A stretch of DNA of 59,890 nt, filler included, from Circinaria calcarea (Eukaryota), in NCBI GenBank assembly GCA_051942165.1. It is 6 parts of 6 records of this genome, joined end to end, with 100 filler letters (N's around TTAATTAATTAA, not from the genome) between each part and the next. Parts side by side here need not be neighbours in the genome. Positions count along the whole stretch, not along the records: positions 1 to 9,918 come from JAVECS010000871.1; positions 10,019 to 19,927 come from JAVECS010000872.1; 4 more parts are not named here. The stretch is one strand, 5' to 3'. The position numbers were made by a program, and so were the translations under genes. The notes below the pieces were generated by a model, which made no database searches, was not told where the DNA came from, and saw only the letters and a list, made by a program, of their open reading frames with translations. This document shows positions 1 to 10,821 of the stretch, one piece after another (within the stretch, counting starts at the first letter, position 1; the number at the start of each line of letters is the position of its first letter).

Positions 1-24
1 GCACTAATGCAATATGCCCTATAG

Positions 25-1048
25 GATTCAGCAGAACGCTCAACACTCCCCTATCTTCAAGCTACCTCCAGAAGTCCGCAACCGAATCTGGTGGTATGTG
101 TTTGGAGGGCAATTCGTCCATATATCGTACATCAAAGCGGCAGACACAAGCGACGCGGACGACAACGGATGGCGGAATGCGTGTTGCGTCGCACGGACTG
201 CCGAAAGGAAAGCATACAAAAAAGCTGCCAAAGCGTACAGAAAGTCGCAGCAAGACAACAAGGAGGATCAAGAGATCATCGCCAGCGGTACTAGTAGCCT
301 TATCGACGCCGAGATCCACAGAGAGACGACTTTCAGAATTCGACATAAGCGATGTGCCAGGCTAATCGACTTGGATCCGGATTACGAGAGTGATTTCAAG
401 ATCGGATGTCGGCCTGAACATCGCTTGCAGCTTGCGCTGCTACGGACTTCTCGTCAGGTGTACTGTGAAGCCAACCACATCCTCTGGTCGACCAATACCT
501 TCTCTTTCAACCATGCGAATACTGCCAAGATGTGGCTTAGCAATCGGAATGCTACGCAGAAACGCTCACTGAAAAGTTTGCACTTCACGCTTGGGTGGAG
601 CTCCGAAGGAGAGTTCCCATGGAAAGGTGTGTTCCCCATGAAGATTGTCAAAACCTTTGTCGCGCTACGCCTTCTCCGCCTCTGTATTGAGCAGTACGGG
701 CCGTTGGAGGAAATTGAGGACGTGATCTGCCGACCTGGAACAGGATGGAAATTATGGACCGAAGGCATCCTGCGTTTTCAAGTACTCCCTCTTGAGAAGG
801 TTGCTATCCTCTTTGGTGATTCTAGTTCTAACGAACATGATCTCCTCAACATCGCGAAGAGAGTAGAGTGCGCCGAGATCCTCGAGAAACGCTTGCTTCA
901 CCCGAACAGTTTAGAAGATTACCAGGAGAAACGGGCGGATGAGATTGAAGAGGCAGAAAAGAAGCGGTTGTTACTGAATGGGGAAGATCCGGCAGAGGAC
1001 GATCCTTTGGATGGGATAAAAGACAAACTCTCGGACGATGAGAAGTAA
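25..1048 (+). CDS. F-box-like / DUF7730-type fungal protein, probably 5'-partial
   Basis: SPIFKLPPEVRNRIWWYVFGG and LALLRTSRQVYCEANHILWSTNTFSF are typical of this fungal family. Bases 4-24 (ctaat...tag) look like an intron branch site and acceptor, so the ATG at 14 may not be the true start. Confidence 0.6.
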
Positions 1049-2255
1049 AGATATGGATATGATGATGAGTGGAGACATCGGTTTCATGCGTGACTGATGA
1101 AAAGTTAACGATGAACGGGATAAGGATCCTCGACATTGCGATGTCCAAACATAGAAATACATACCCATGCACGATGCCATAACGTCAATTGGTCACCCGG
1201 GTGGGAGTCGCCTTTCCACTTACACTTTGCTAGAAACAAGCTTCAATCACGATTCCTTGATCAACATAGAAAGTGAATATACTCCAGACGTGTAGTTGAT
1301 GAGCGCAAGGCGCGGCGCCTCTTTCGACGAATAATAATAGGTCAGCGGAAACGGCTACTCTTTGAACTTAGCAACACTATACTAGATTAAAATGACAAAT
1401 TCCGATCGCATGGAAGAGTGCATGTTTACACCTTGTACAACAATTCTCGTCGTTCCTAGTAAGATTCAAACGTAAAAGCTGGTGTAATGGGGAAGAGGGT
1501 GCACGAGCCTCATGATCTTGAATTTAGGACGCCAGGCCTTGGCGCTAGTTCTAGGCACGGGCCATCTAGAGATTTGGAATGTTTTTAAACTGCCCAACAT
1601 CACGACCATCTACCAAGATAATGAATGGTAGCTGCTAAATTTACAATCAGGATACACAAGTGAAGAGATATTCTCTGATTGCTTGAAATGCTCCTTTGCT
1701 GTGAGAAGTGGGCCTAGACAATCTGATCGTCGCCGCTCTTCGTATCCCCCTAGGGCTTAGATTGCGTTGCACCCCCCATCACTGTCGTCGCGGTGGCATA
1801 TTTCGCAGTGATATCTTCGTTCTAAATCCCCTTTGACTACGAATCACGCTACGATTACGGTTCGAAGTTGCGGAATCTCACTCCCCGATTGCCATTCCCG
1901 GCGTCCGACTCTTCTTCGGTCATTGCGGTTCTTTCTTATTGCTAGAAATAAAGCATGTTTCCAATGGAGTTATAATGTGATTGTCTTGTTGGCTTTGTTA
2001 TACGTGTTACTGTTCGCAGGTCTCGACGTTTGCGGGTATATAAACCCGGATGCGGCGAGATCTCCCATTATTGGTGATGCTTTGTCTATCTATACCTCAT
2101 GAAAGGTTTCCTCATCCTCACCGAATATTTATCTTTATTACCATTGGTAGCGCGCACGATCAGAACTTTATCTGTTCCTGCTATCATTTAACACTATAAA
2201 TCTGCTTCGGAAACAACCTCGTAATCAATCTCTCCTTCCGGTTCCTTTCATCGTC

Positions 2256-4010
2256 ATGTCCAGGCTACTGACCCCTAACGCAGTATGGCGTGGGCTGACA
2301 CACAAGCAGTTGGCTGGCCAGATACAGGTAGCCACCTTAAAAGAGATTGTTGAAAGGGGAGGAGATCCAGATGGTGAAAGACCTAATACTAACGCAGTCA
2401 AGCAAACTTGGATGTTGGCTGCCATGCGAGTCATTGACAGTCAGGTACCTCGGCCCGATGACGGACAAGCATTAACGATCTGGAGAGGAGACACAAGCTC
2501 TCTCAAAAAGCCGACGAAACAGACGTCGCGAGCCCAAGCACCCCGACCTCTAGGACCTCCCACCCAAGGATCAAGGCCTCGTCAACCTGTCCGTGCTCAG
2601 CCTCTCGGTCCTAATCCGCCGCCTCCTCCTCCTTTTGTGCAGCGGATTCCGGACGCTGCAGTTCGTAATGCTCTAATTCTGCGCAGCAACATAGTTGACA
2701 TGGAGAATCTTACACTGGGGTCGGCATACGATGACCGCACTGACCCCGACATCGCGAGTCTTCGAATTTCGTTTTATAGCAGTTTGAAGGGTCCAAAAAT
2801 GTTTGACCCGGTAAAGACTCCGTGTGGTCGAGTACTTACGCAGAGTTACAGCCTCAACCGCACTGGCAAGTCTTATCCACTTCGAGGGAGGGGCGCAGTA
2901 TGGGATAGCAATTCCTGTGCCTTTGACTGCGTCTTGGCTGCATCCCGACTGTTGGGAGTTGGCTCGGCCACTGTAGATTACGAAAATCAAAGTCGTCAAG
3001 AGTGGGTCAACACATTGCAACCCCAGCAGCAAAGTTTCATAGCCGCGGTCGACTATAATTGGGACTTGGCCACTTACACCACAAGCATCAGAAGACGGCA
3101 TGACTTTCTCAAGATACAGCTGGCGCCTTACAATACAGCAACAAAGGAAAATCATACGATTGGAAAGTTCCTGTCTGCGGTTATTTTATGGAAAACCTGT
3201 ACATCAATGACTACTCAGTTCACAGTCAGTACTAGGAACAAACGCGGTTGCACAGAGTGCAATCTTCAGATGCCAGACCCCCTGCCAGCCGTTAAGACAA
3301 CCAGCAATGGTATAGACATTAGAGCAACCATGGAGAATGCCGAGAATCAGGCATCTATGCGAGAGCTACTTCAAAGGCACTTTGCTGCCGTACCTGCCAG
3401 AAAGGTCGACCACAACTCAAGCTGCCAGGACAACGCAATAGTGAAATACCTAGAGGTGGACGGGGACCTCCCGTCTCACCTAGTAATCTACACGAACCCA
3501 AACTATAAAAATGTGAAGGGAGCGACGTCCGATGACATAACCTTTCAGTACTATTCTGACTGTACGGATGAGCAACCAGGCGTGACTCAAGTAAAAGAGG
3601 GGCTTCGAAGAGCAACGTATCGCTGGGTAGGCGGAATATACCTACAAGACGAGAAGAACCATTACCGCCTATACTGGACAGACGATAGCCCCAACCCCAG
3701 AGGGAACATCAAAATATATGACGGACAACGCGCTATGGGGGCAATCATCGGCGGTGTCCCTCCCGACCACCCCGTCGATAAGATTGTCGATTACTGGGCA
3801 GATGGTGCGGCCGTTCTTTTCTACGAGCGAGTGGAACCCCGGCGAACCAAACGAAAGGCGGACGGCGATGGTGGGCCGGTGCCACCCCAAACCCCTTTGA
3901 ACAAGGGTGATCATCCAGTCAAGAAGCCGAGATTTACTGGGGTGGGCCCGACACCACCCGAAACCCCTCAAAACAAGGGGAGTAAAATTGACATAGTCGA
4001 TCTAACCTAA
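2256..4010 (+). CDS. Intronless 584-aa USP-fold (papain-like) cysteine protease with C-terminal SUMO-interacting motif
   Basis: Cys box-like GAVWDSNSCAFDCVL; finger-like CTEC and HNSSC; LPSHL; His box-like YRWVGGIY...NHYRLYW...IKIYDG; LFYER; basic NLS-like patches; terminal KIDIVDLT. Confidence 0.6.
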   Translation: MSRLLTPNAVWRGLTHKQLAGQIQVATLKEIVERGGDPDGERPNTNAVKQTWMLAAMRVIDSQVPRPDDGQALTIWRGDTSSLKKPTKQTSRAQAPRPLGPPTQGSRPRQPVRAQPLGPNPPPPPPFVQRIPDAAVRNALILRSNIVDMENLTLGSAYDDRTDPDIASLRISFYSSLKGPKMFDPVKTPCGRVLTQSYSLNRTGKSYPLRGRGAVWDSNSCAFDCVLAASRLLGVGSATVDYENQSRQEWVNTLQPQQQSFIAAVDYNWDLATYTTSIRRRHDFLKIQLAPYNTATKENHTIGKFLSAVILWKTCTSMTTQFTVSTRNKRGCTECNLQMPDPLPAVKTTSNGIDIRATMENAENQASMRELLQRHFAAVPARKVDHNSSCQDNAIVKYLEVDGDLPSHLVIYTNPNYKNVKGATSDDITFQYYSDCTDEQPGVTQVKEGLRRATYRWVGGIYLQDEKNHYRLYWTDDSPNPRGNIKIYDGQRAMGAIIGGVPPDHPVDKIVDYWADGAAVLFYERVEPRRTKRKADGDGGPVPPQTPLNKGDHPVKKPRFTGVGPTPPETPQNKGSKIDIVDLT

Positions 4011-4375
4011 ATCTTTCCTTGTATACGCTACCTTTTCCGAGTTAGTCTGGTCATTTGAGATATAAATTTATTACATTTAACTAAATTTCATCTAAAACCA
4101 TGTAGATGTGACTGTTTAATAATTATGTCCCGCTTTTCACGTCTATTGTAGCTCGCTATTATATCCAAAACGGACTAGACTAGACGAAAAGCTCACTAGA
4201 TTGATTCTATACAACAACCGATTCTCTCCCCAAAAAACGGCCGAGCTAGTCCCAGTATCAAAAAAAGTGCTTTATTCGCAGAAAAGCCAAACGTGTTATG
4301 GCGTCAGGGCCATACTAGGGGAGGACTAGCTCCGGAACGGAGGAACCCCTGGACCGGTTGCTCTATGCTCATGGA

Positions 4376-4411
4376 GGTGAGCAAGGTGAGCAAGGTGAGC
4401 AAGGTGAGCAA
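4376..4411. repeat. (GGTGAGCAA)4 tandem repeat
   Basis: Four exact 9-bp units. Confidence 0.9.
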
Positions 4412-4588
4412 CGTACTATATAGGCAGGCTATTCCCGCTCTTTAGAATATATGCTTATAGACACACAGAGAATAACAATAGACCATTATTATGTTCTGGT
4501 AATCATACACCATGGAGTGACTCTATCCCTTATGCTAGTCTAGCCTATCTTAGCACCCTTACAAAACGAGTCTCAACGCAGAAATCTC

Positions 4589-4608
4589 CACACACACACA
4601 CACACACA
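4589..4608. repeat. (CA)10 microsatellite
   Basis: Directly visible. Confidence 0.9.
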
Positions 4609-5120
4609 CCCAGTACCAATCTAGATTCTTATCGCATAGAATGGGGCGCTTGGCTTATTCGATACTACTGTGCCAGAAACAAGACGTTTATCGTGTTGTT
4701 AACCTAATACGGGGTAGAAGTCCATAGGATAGAAAAAAGAGGTTATTTTAGAAAAAAGTCGAGTTACAACGTGTGAAATAATAAATGGTAAAACAGGGTG
4801 GAATAGGCTGTATTGGCTATGGTAACTACCACTCTATGTGTATGGACTTCACTGTGGAACTGCATAGCAGAAAACCTCTGCTATATGTGCGTTCGGTGGT
4901 TACTTCAACCGCCCCGAATACTTATTCCTCCACGTAGTGTAGAATCCCCTATTCTTGACACAACGTAAACAATATAGAATGTTGGGGGCAGTGGAAGACC
5001 TCTGGTCCGTTATATTGCTATAGAGGTGTACTGGCAGACTATATACAGCTACCATTACGCTAGTCCTATTCCGGCTCCGCCCCCTGCGGGTTCTACCCCT
5101 ATGATCTAGCCTCCTTTCAA

Positions 5121-5230
5121 CTATATTTAATATAACATTAAATATAATATAATATTTAATATAGTATTTAATATATTATTTAATATAATATTTAATATAA
5201 TACGTTATAGAGCACGTTATAAAGTATATT
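5121..5230. repeat. Extremely AT-rich, TpA-rich tract (RIP-like decayed repeat)
   Basis: Almost no C/G; repeated taatatt/tttaatata; abuts the Helitron-like element. Confidence 0.6.
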
Positions 5231-6272
5231 ATTAAAAACAATAAAATAATAAGTGCTAAGATCGAAAAAGGGTCCACGGGGAGAAAGAGCAGTCACGTGA
5301 AGAACTTCAAAACTCGATCCCCGAAGCATTTCGCACTTGCAGTTTCGATGCACTCACCAAAAATTAACAGTTTTCCGTTAATAGAAGCCCAAATTCAAGA
5401 GCGTGATTCAAAGATCAAAATAAGCCCTTATTATCAAGAATCCATAGGTAAGCGCAATAGTTATGTCGCATTGAATATATAGGTATGCGTGGGAGCAGGG
5501 CGGAAGGGTACGTTAAAATTTTAAATACCAAGAGAAAGTTACAGTCACGTGATATTCTCGCGGGCGCAATTCGGCTGTCCTTTATGCTCTATAACATGCA
5601 GTGCTAATATAATCACGAATTTTCAATATATTTCTAAAAGTGAAAGATCATATGAAAGCTCTAATTATGGCCTTGAAAATGAGCCCCTATTTGCCAGAAT
5701 TGGTAATATAGGTAGTAGCAAAAGTCGCATATAATATATGTATATACATGGGAACTGCGCGGAACTGCGCGGAACTGCGCGGAATAGAACTCCCGAACCT
5801 CCGAATTTCCGAACCTCCGAATCTGCGAGCGCATTGCCACCACGCACACTATAATTTTCGCAGTTAAATATGATTTTTTCTACACTACCGATTTTAGCAA
5901 ATAAAACGGCATTTGAAAAAGCTTATTCAGCACATAAATATGAACTTCTATGCACGTATTTTTATTAAAAATTGATGGAGCAATTGAAGGTGGGGATTTC
6001 ACGTAGAATTCGCATAATATTCGCATAGTGGAAAAGCGCATACTATGTTCTCCACTATCATTTTCCCAGCGAAATATGATTTTTTCTACACTACCGATTC
6101 GAGCAAGTAAGACGGCATTCGAATGCGCTGAATTAGAAGATTAATATAAGCTTCTATTGTCGAGATTTCATTGAAAATTGACGGAGTAATTGATGCTGGG
6201 GAATTTATATAATACCCCGCGGTAGCGAAGCCTACCTCCCGAATGAGCGCCAGCGAGAGAGGAAACACCTAG
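5231..6272 (+). mobile_element. Non-autonomous Helitron-like element, copy 1
   Basis: Homologous (inverted) to 16615-17869. Ends ...GGTAGCGAAGCCTACC...GGAAACACCTAG followed by T, with a subterminal GCGAAGC hairpin and ~206-bp internal subrepeats (near 5868 and 6074). The 5' boundary is blurred. Confidence 0.75.
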
Positions 6273-6906
6273 TCACTTTATTAAGGCAATTTATCCTTCG
6301 CTTCCCTGAGCCATGATATCTAAGTGCATCTGGATGTCTACATATTCAGGATATTTAGACGGCATGTAATAGAAACGATTTTCGACTGGGAGAGCAAGGA
6401 TTTAACGTAACGTCGGACATTGCAGGGATCTTTCAAGTCCGAGGATGGTAATAGAATGTATTGGTATGGTGGTGCGGTCAGGGAAAGGCGGATTCGGAAA
6501 AGTGAGGGACCAGGAGCAGCTGAAACAGGTCGAAAAGCTTAGGTTAGCTGTGATAAGCTGTTATGGGGTGGCACTATCATGTAAAGTCCGTAGGAAGATG
6601 CTATCAGAGCCAAAGCAGAAAGAGCTGAGCGTTACGGTGGTTGGTTATTGCGGTTGTCTAGGTGTCTCGAGCATATCTACATCCAGATTAGTCTATATAA
6701 GGTCTCGGAACTGAGATTTCTCTGGAATGTCTATTGTCATGGAATGGGTCGAGTACTGAGAACCGCGCGGTTAATTATCCTGCCGCTCGGCGCTTTGCCT
6801 GCAATGTAAACGAATGCCAACAGTCAGTAGTTCGTAGAATCTTCGATACTCACCCCACGATTCTTGTTGAAGGCTTGCTTCGATACGCTTTTGGAGAGGT
6901 TGTTCT

Positions 6907-9900
6907 TTGCGGGAACGAGAGCTACTGTCCATACCCTTGGAGAAACTCCGGTTGGACCACCATCCTACAGCTCCTAGCAATGAGGAGAGTGGGAGAATAT
7001 TCCATGATTTTGACACTTTGCGCTCAGTCGCGTCAAGAGCTCAAAATGCCGCTGTTCGGTTCAGGGACCATACCATGGATTTATACACGCGCTCAATAAA
7101 TTCTGTTCCGGCCTTGCCTGCACCGCAGCTGTCACAGAGTACCCCAGCTTCTGTGACCACCCGTTCTGTATTTCAGCACCAGGCTGCCGGCAGTGATGCA
7201 TCCCGGAAGTCATATGCAGTCGCCCACAACGTTGAAAACAGTACCTCCGCATCTGTTGCTGGTCCATTCGCGAAACTCCATAGCGGATCGAGTAAATACC
7301 GAGGCAGCACATCCGCGACCAACGTGACTCGCCCTATGAGCCAGTCGAAGACAGTAATCGACCTCACATCTTCACCATCAGGCTTATATACGCCTAATCT
7401 AGACGATGAAAATCTTCTTACCACCATTTCCACGTCTGGTCCTCCCAGGCTGGAGGCGTGGAGTAATACTCAGGTTTCGAATGTTGGTCCATCGCGAAAA
7501 ACCAATGTCGGCAGTAGTACGCAAAGCATCAACGAAGACAAGGCCGTTGTACATATGGGTCAGCAAGGAACAGGAACAGTAGCTGGGGCAAAGAAAAGAG
7601 GTCGGCCTCTAGGGTCCAAAAACAAGAAGGACCGCCTACAGCCTCAGAAGGATCCCTTGTGTGAGGTGATCTTTGGTTCACCACCAAAGAAAGGAAAGAG
7701 AACACGTCAATCCAAATTAGGCGCGGCTGATAATCCGGGTGACCATTATGTTCCTCGAAAAAGCAAGGTCCAAAGCGATGCTTTCAGTTCTAATGAGACC
7801 CTCCTGGTGGGTGGTCTGCATGCTCAAAATATCGATCCTTTTCAACCCAATTCCAACGGGCATGGAAGTCACAGCATACCCCAAATAACCCGGAATCGAG
7901 TCCCAAGAGAGTCATGGCATGAGTCCCCTAATGAAGGTAAAGAATCCTCCGCTACCGATCCTTGTGAGCTACTCTCTCCGCATACGCCCGGCTCATTGGG
8001 AAAGACTTCTGGTCGTCACAGTGTCTCTTCCAGTCAAGACTCTGCCGCCATTACTTTAGCTTTTCAAAACGAGATTTACCCAATCATTCGAAAAGCCTGT
8101 CTTCGGTTTCAATATACGTCTTCTGCCTCTGCTACGTCTACTATCGAAACAGAGGTGGGTATTCGTTTGGTAGTTTTTTCCGATACTCGGCTGATATGTG
8201 GCAGTGCGCTGAAAAAGTTATAAACCCTAAGCTCTTCAAGTATCTGAGAAACAACAAGTACCATTTAAGTAGTGTACATAAGAGAGAGATAAAAGCTATC
8301 ATAGATACGGTCCTTGAGCAACGGACTAATAGAGCGATCACTAAAGGATTGTTCAGAGGTGAGAAGTCAAATATTATAGCTCCAGCGGCGGACAGGGATA
8401 AAGACGCAGGAGCTCAACCTCGTCCAAATCTAACCGTGAAGTCTCCTCGATTCCATAAGGTTCATAACTCGAGAAGAAAAGGCTGTTCGGATAACCATTT
8501 AGAAGCGGTCGAAGAGCACAACCAAACCGTTTCATTTAATCCACCTTTACCACTTCTTGTGTTACCCGATGCAGCGCCATCTCGTCGAGGTCGATACTCT
8601 GCAGATTTGACCCACGTACCTACAAAACGTGCTGCTGTTCAGGATAGGCGAACCTTGCCAGTTCACCGAAATCTAGTCCATTACGTACCTAAGATCTCTA
8701 CCGTGGCTATGGGAATGCTGCTCCACAACCGTGAGCTTGGCTTCAAATCCCAGAAGTCTTCAGCGCCTGCAATGCGGCATCATGTAGGTGAACGACTTAC
8801 GTACAGGTGGACCTGGACTGGGGTCTCAAAGGATGTCCTCGTAGCTGCCTGGGCCCCGAATGGATCTACTTACGCTGTCGGGGGAAGCACAGATCTCGAC
8901 AACCTGAATCTCCAGTACAATCGTCGTAACAACTTACTACTCGGAAAAATTGATAAGAACATCCTCTACGAACTACCAGATCACTATATGGACCGCTCTG
9001 AGACCATGCAACGTCCAGATAATACAGCACAGGTAACGTACAACTCGGAGGATCCAGAATTATACGCTACTGTGACCTCGGTATGTTTCAGTGCTCGGGG
9101 AGACTTTATGTTTACAGCAAGCTATGACAAAACCGTTAAGATATGGGATGTTTCTACAGCGGAACAGCGCCCTCGATGCCTCCATACGCTCGAGCACGAC
9201 GCCGAAGTTGAGCACCTAGCCGTGTCCCAGAAGCACCCAAGCTTACTCGCAACGGGGCAGAAATGCATCGATAAATCCATACGTGTATATGATACTACAG
9301 AGATGGATTTTGACATGAAGGAAAAGGCCCCCCTTTGCCTGAAAGTATTTTCTTCAAGTAACGCGGATTGGCGGGATTGCTATATTGTCGGTCTTCAATG
9401 GGGTACAGCTCCTTCGACTAGCAATCTTCTGCTCGCGGGATTTTCTGAGAACAAGGCAGACCTATCAAGTGCAGATCGTGAGGGTGACCTTTGCTTATGG
9501 GACGTGAAGACAGGCACTGCCTTGAAACTGTATCCTGCCGCTCAGAGCGTTTTCGATGTCTGCTGGCATCATAGTCTCCCTCTTTTCGCTGCTGCCACTA
9601 AACCTGGTACGCGCAGCAATTTGACCGATCGCTTTAATACCCGCTCAGTGATTCGTACTTACTGCCCTTTGAAGACTCCAGGCCGAATCATGGAGTATGA
9701 ATGTCCGGCGTCTGATATCAACGATGTTAGGTTCCACCCTTTTGATGACCATTACATCTCCGCCGGATGCACCAACGGCAATACATATGTGTGGGACTTT
9801 CGCATGCCGGACAGAATTCTCCACAAATTATGCCATGGTCCGATGGTTGATGAACTCAACGAGCTCCTTAACCGTGACGAGCAAGACACTGGGGTTCGCC

Positions 9901-9918
9901 TGAGTCTCTGGGACCAAG
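6907..9918 (+). CDS. dim-9: WD40 DCAF-type protein, Raf1/Dos1/DIM-9-like, with AT-hook; 3'-truncated by contig end
   Basis: Two ORFs joined by an intron at ~8155-8203 (GTGGGT...GCTGAT...CAG). AT-hook KKRGRPLGSKNKK. WTGVSKDVLVAAWAPNG...LQYNRRNNLLLG, FTASYDKTVKIWD and DTGVRLSLW resemble Raf1-family motifs. Start uncertain (ATG at 7075 or an upstream exon). Confidence 0.65.
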
Positions 9919-10018
9919 NNNNNNNNNNNNNNNNNNNNNNNNNNNNNNNNNNNNNNNNNNNNTTAATTAATTAANNNNNNNNNNNNNNNNNNNNNNNNNN
10001 NNNNNNNNNNNNNNNNNN
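9919..10018. other. Artificial contig linker N44-TTAATTAATTAA-N44
   Basis: Six-frame stop linker flanked by Ns. Confidence 0.98.
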
Positions 10019-10821
10019 CCGTCATTAGACACACAGTGTCTTGCTGGCGAGCATGAGCAAGCATTGGATTGGGACTGCAGAAATGACCGGATTCGACGAT
10101 AACTTTGGAGAGACATGGTGCCGAGGCGGTCTGTGAAACAATTCGTATCAGCCAAGACTGCAAGGACCCGCAAACAAGATTCGTCTAATAGAAGCAATAG
10201 AAAGCGGCTGTGTGAGGCTGCCTGCTGAAAACTGCAGATACTCGCTTGCCTTGGATAATATCTCGGCATCGTACAGGAAGGGAGAATTCGGTGACAACAA
10301 CCTCGAGTGTAGATAAGATTGATCAAATTTCATTAGTTAACACCAAAGAAATTGACAACGCAAAACCCCGCAGAGCAACAAAAGAGAGGTGACTTTGGAT
10401 TGGTGGGTGTAGTAGGGAGATAACGGTTTCTGTCAGAGCGGGCATGCATGTGGCTCCTTAGCTGAAGCGGGGTGAAAAAGGTATATTGAGGTTGTGCCAC
10501 CCACCTTGAGAAACTCGACTATCCAGCCGAATTCGAAAAGGCAGGGAAAGTCCCACTCGGCCATGTTGCGCTCGATCTCTTGGGCTTGTTCAACGGTCAT
10601 GCCCTTGTACGACTCTTTGTCCGCCGTGAAGCCATATTTCTTCTTGAGTCGGTTGACGTTTCGGTATCGAAGGCAGCGAACCAAGCCTAGGTAGCAGAGC
10701 ACGAGCGGAATCGCAATTGCGAGATATGGATGGTTTGCGAAGACAGATTTGACCTCCTCCCGCATGACTAAGACTCGATCCCAGCCATGCTTGCGGATGT
10801 CGTGGATATTGAAGGTTAACA
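10019..10821 (-). CDS. ER-bound oxygenase MpaB/DUF2236-like protein, N-terminal part (3'-truncated)
   Basis: Exon 1: YLGLVRCLRYRNVNRLKKKYGF...MTVEQAQEI...EWDFP. Exon 2 from ~10128: TASAPCLSKVIVESGHF...RQQDTVCL, matching the TYGIPTISKLL..TG...KRY.DT block of the family. Confidence 0.65.

Noticed and set aside
5070..5109. Small GC hairpin followed by CTAG as a second Helitron 3' end
   Set aside because: The stem is only ~4 bp, CTAG is followed by C rather than T, and there is no second copy to confirm a boundary.
9963..9974. Recurring TTAATTAATTAA every ~10 kb as a biological repeat
   Set aside because: Always centred in N runs; it is a synthetic six-frame stop linker.
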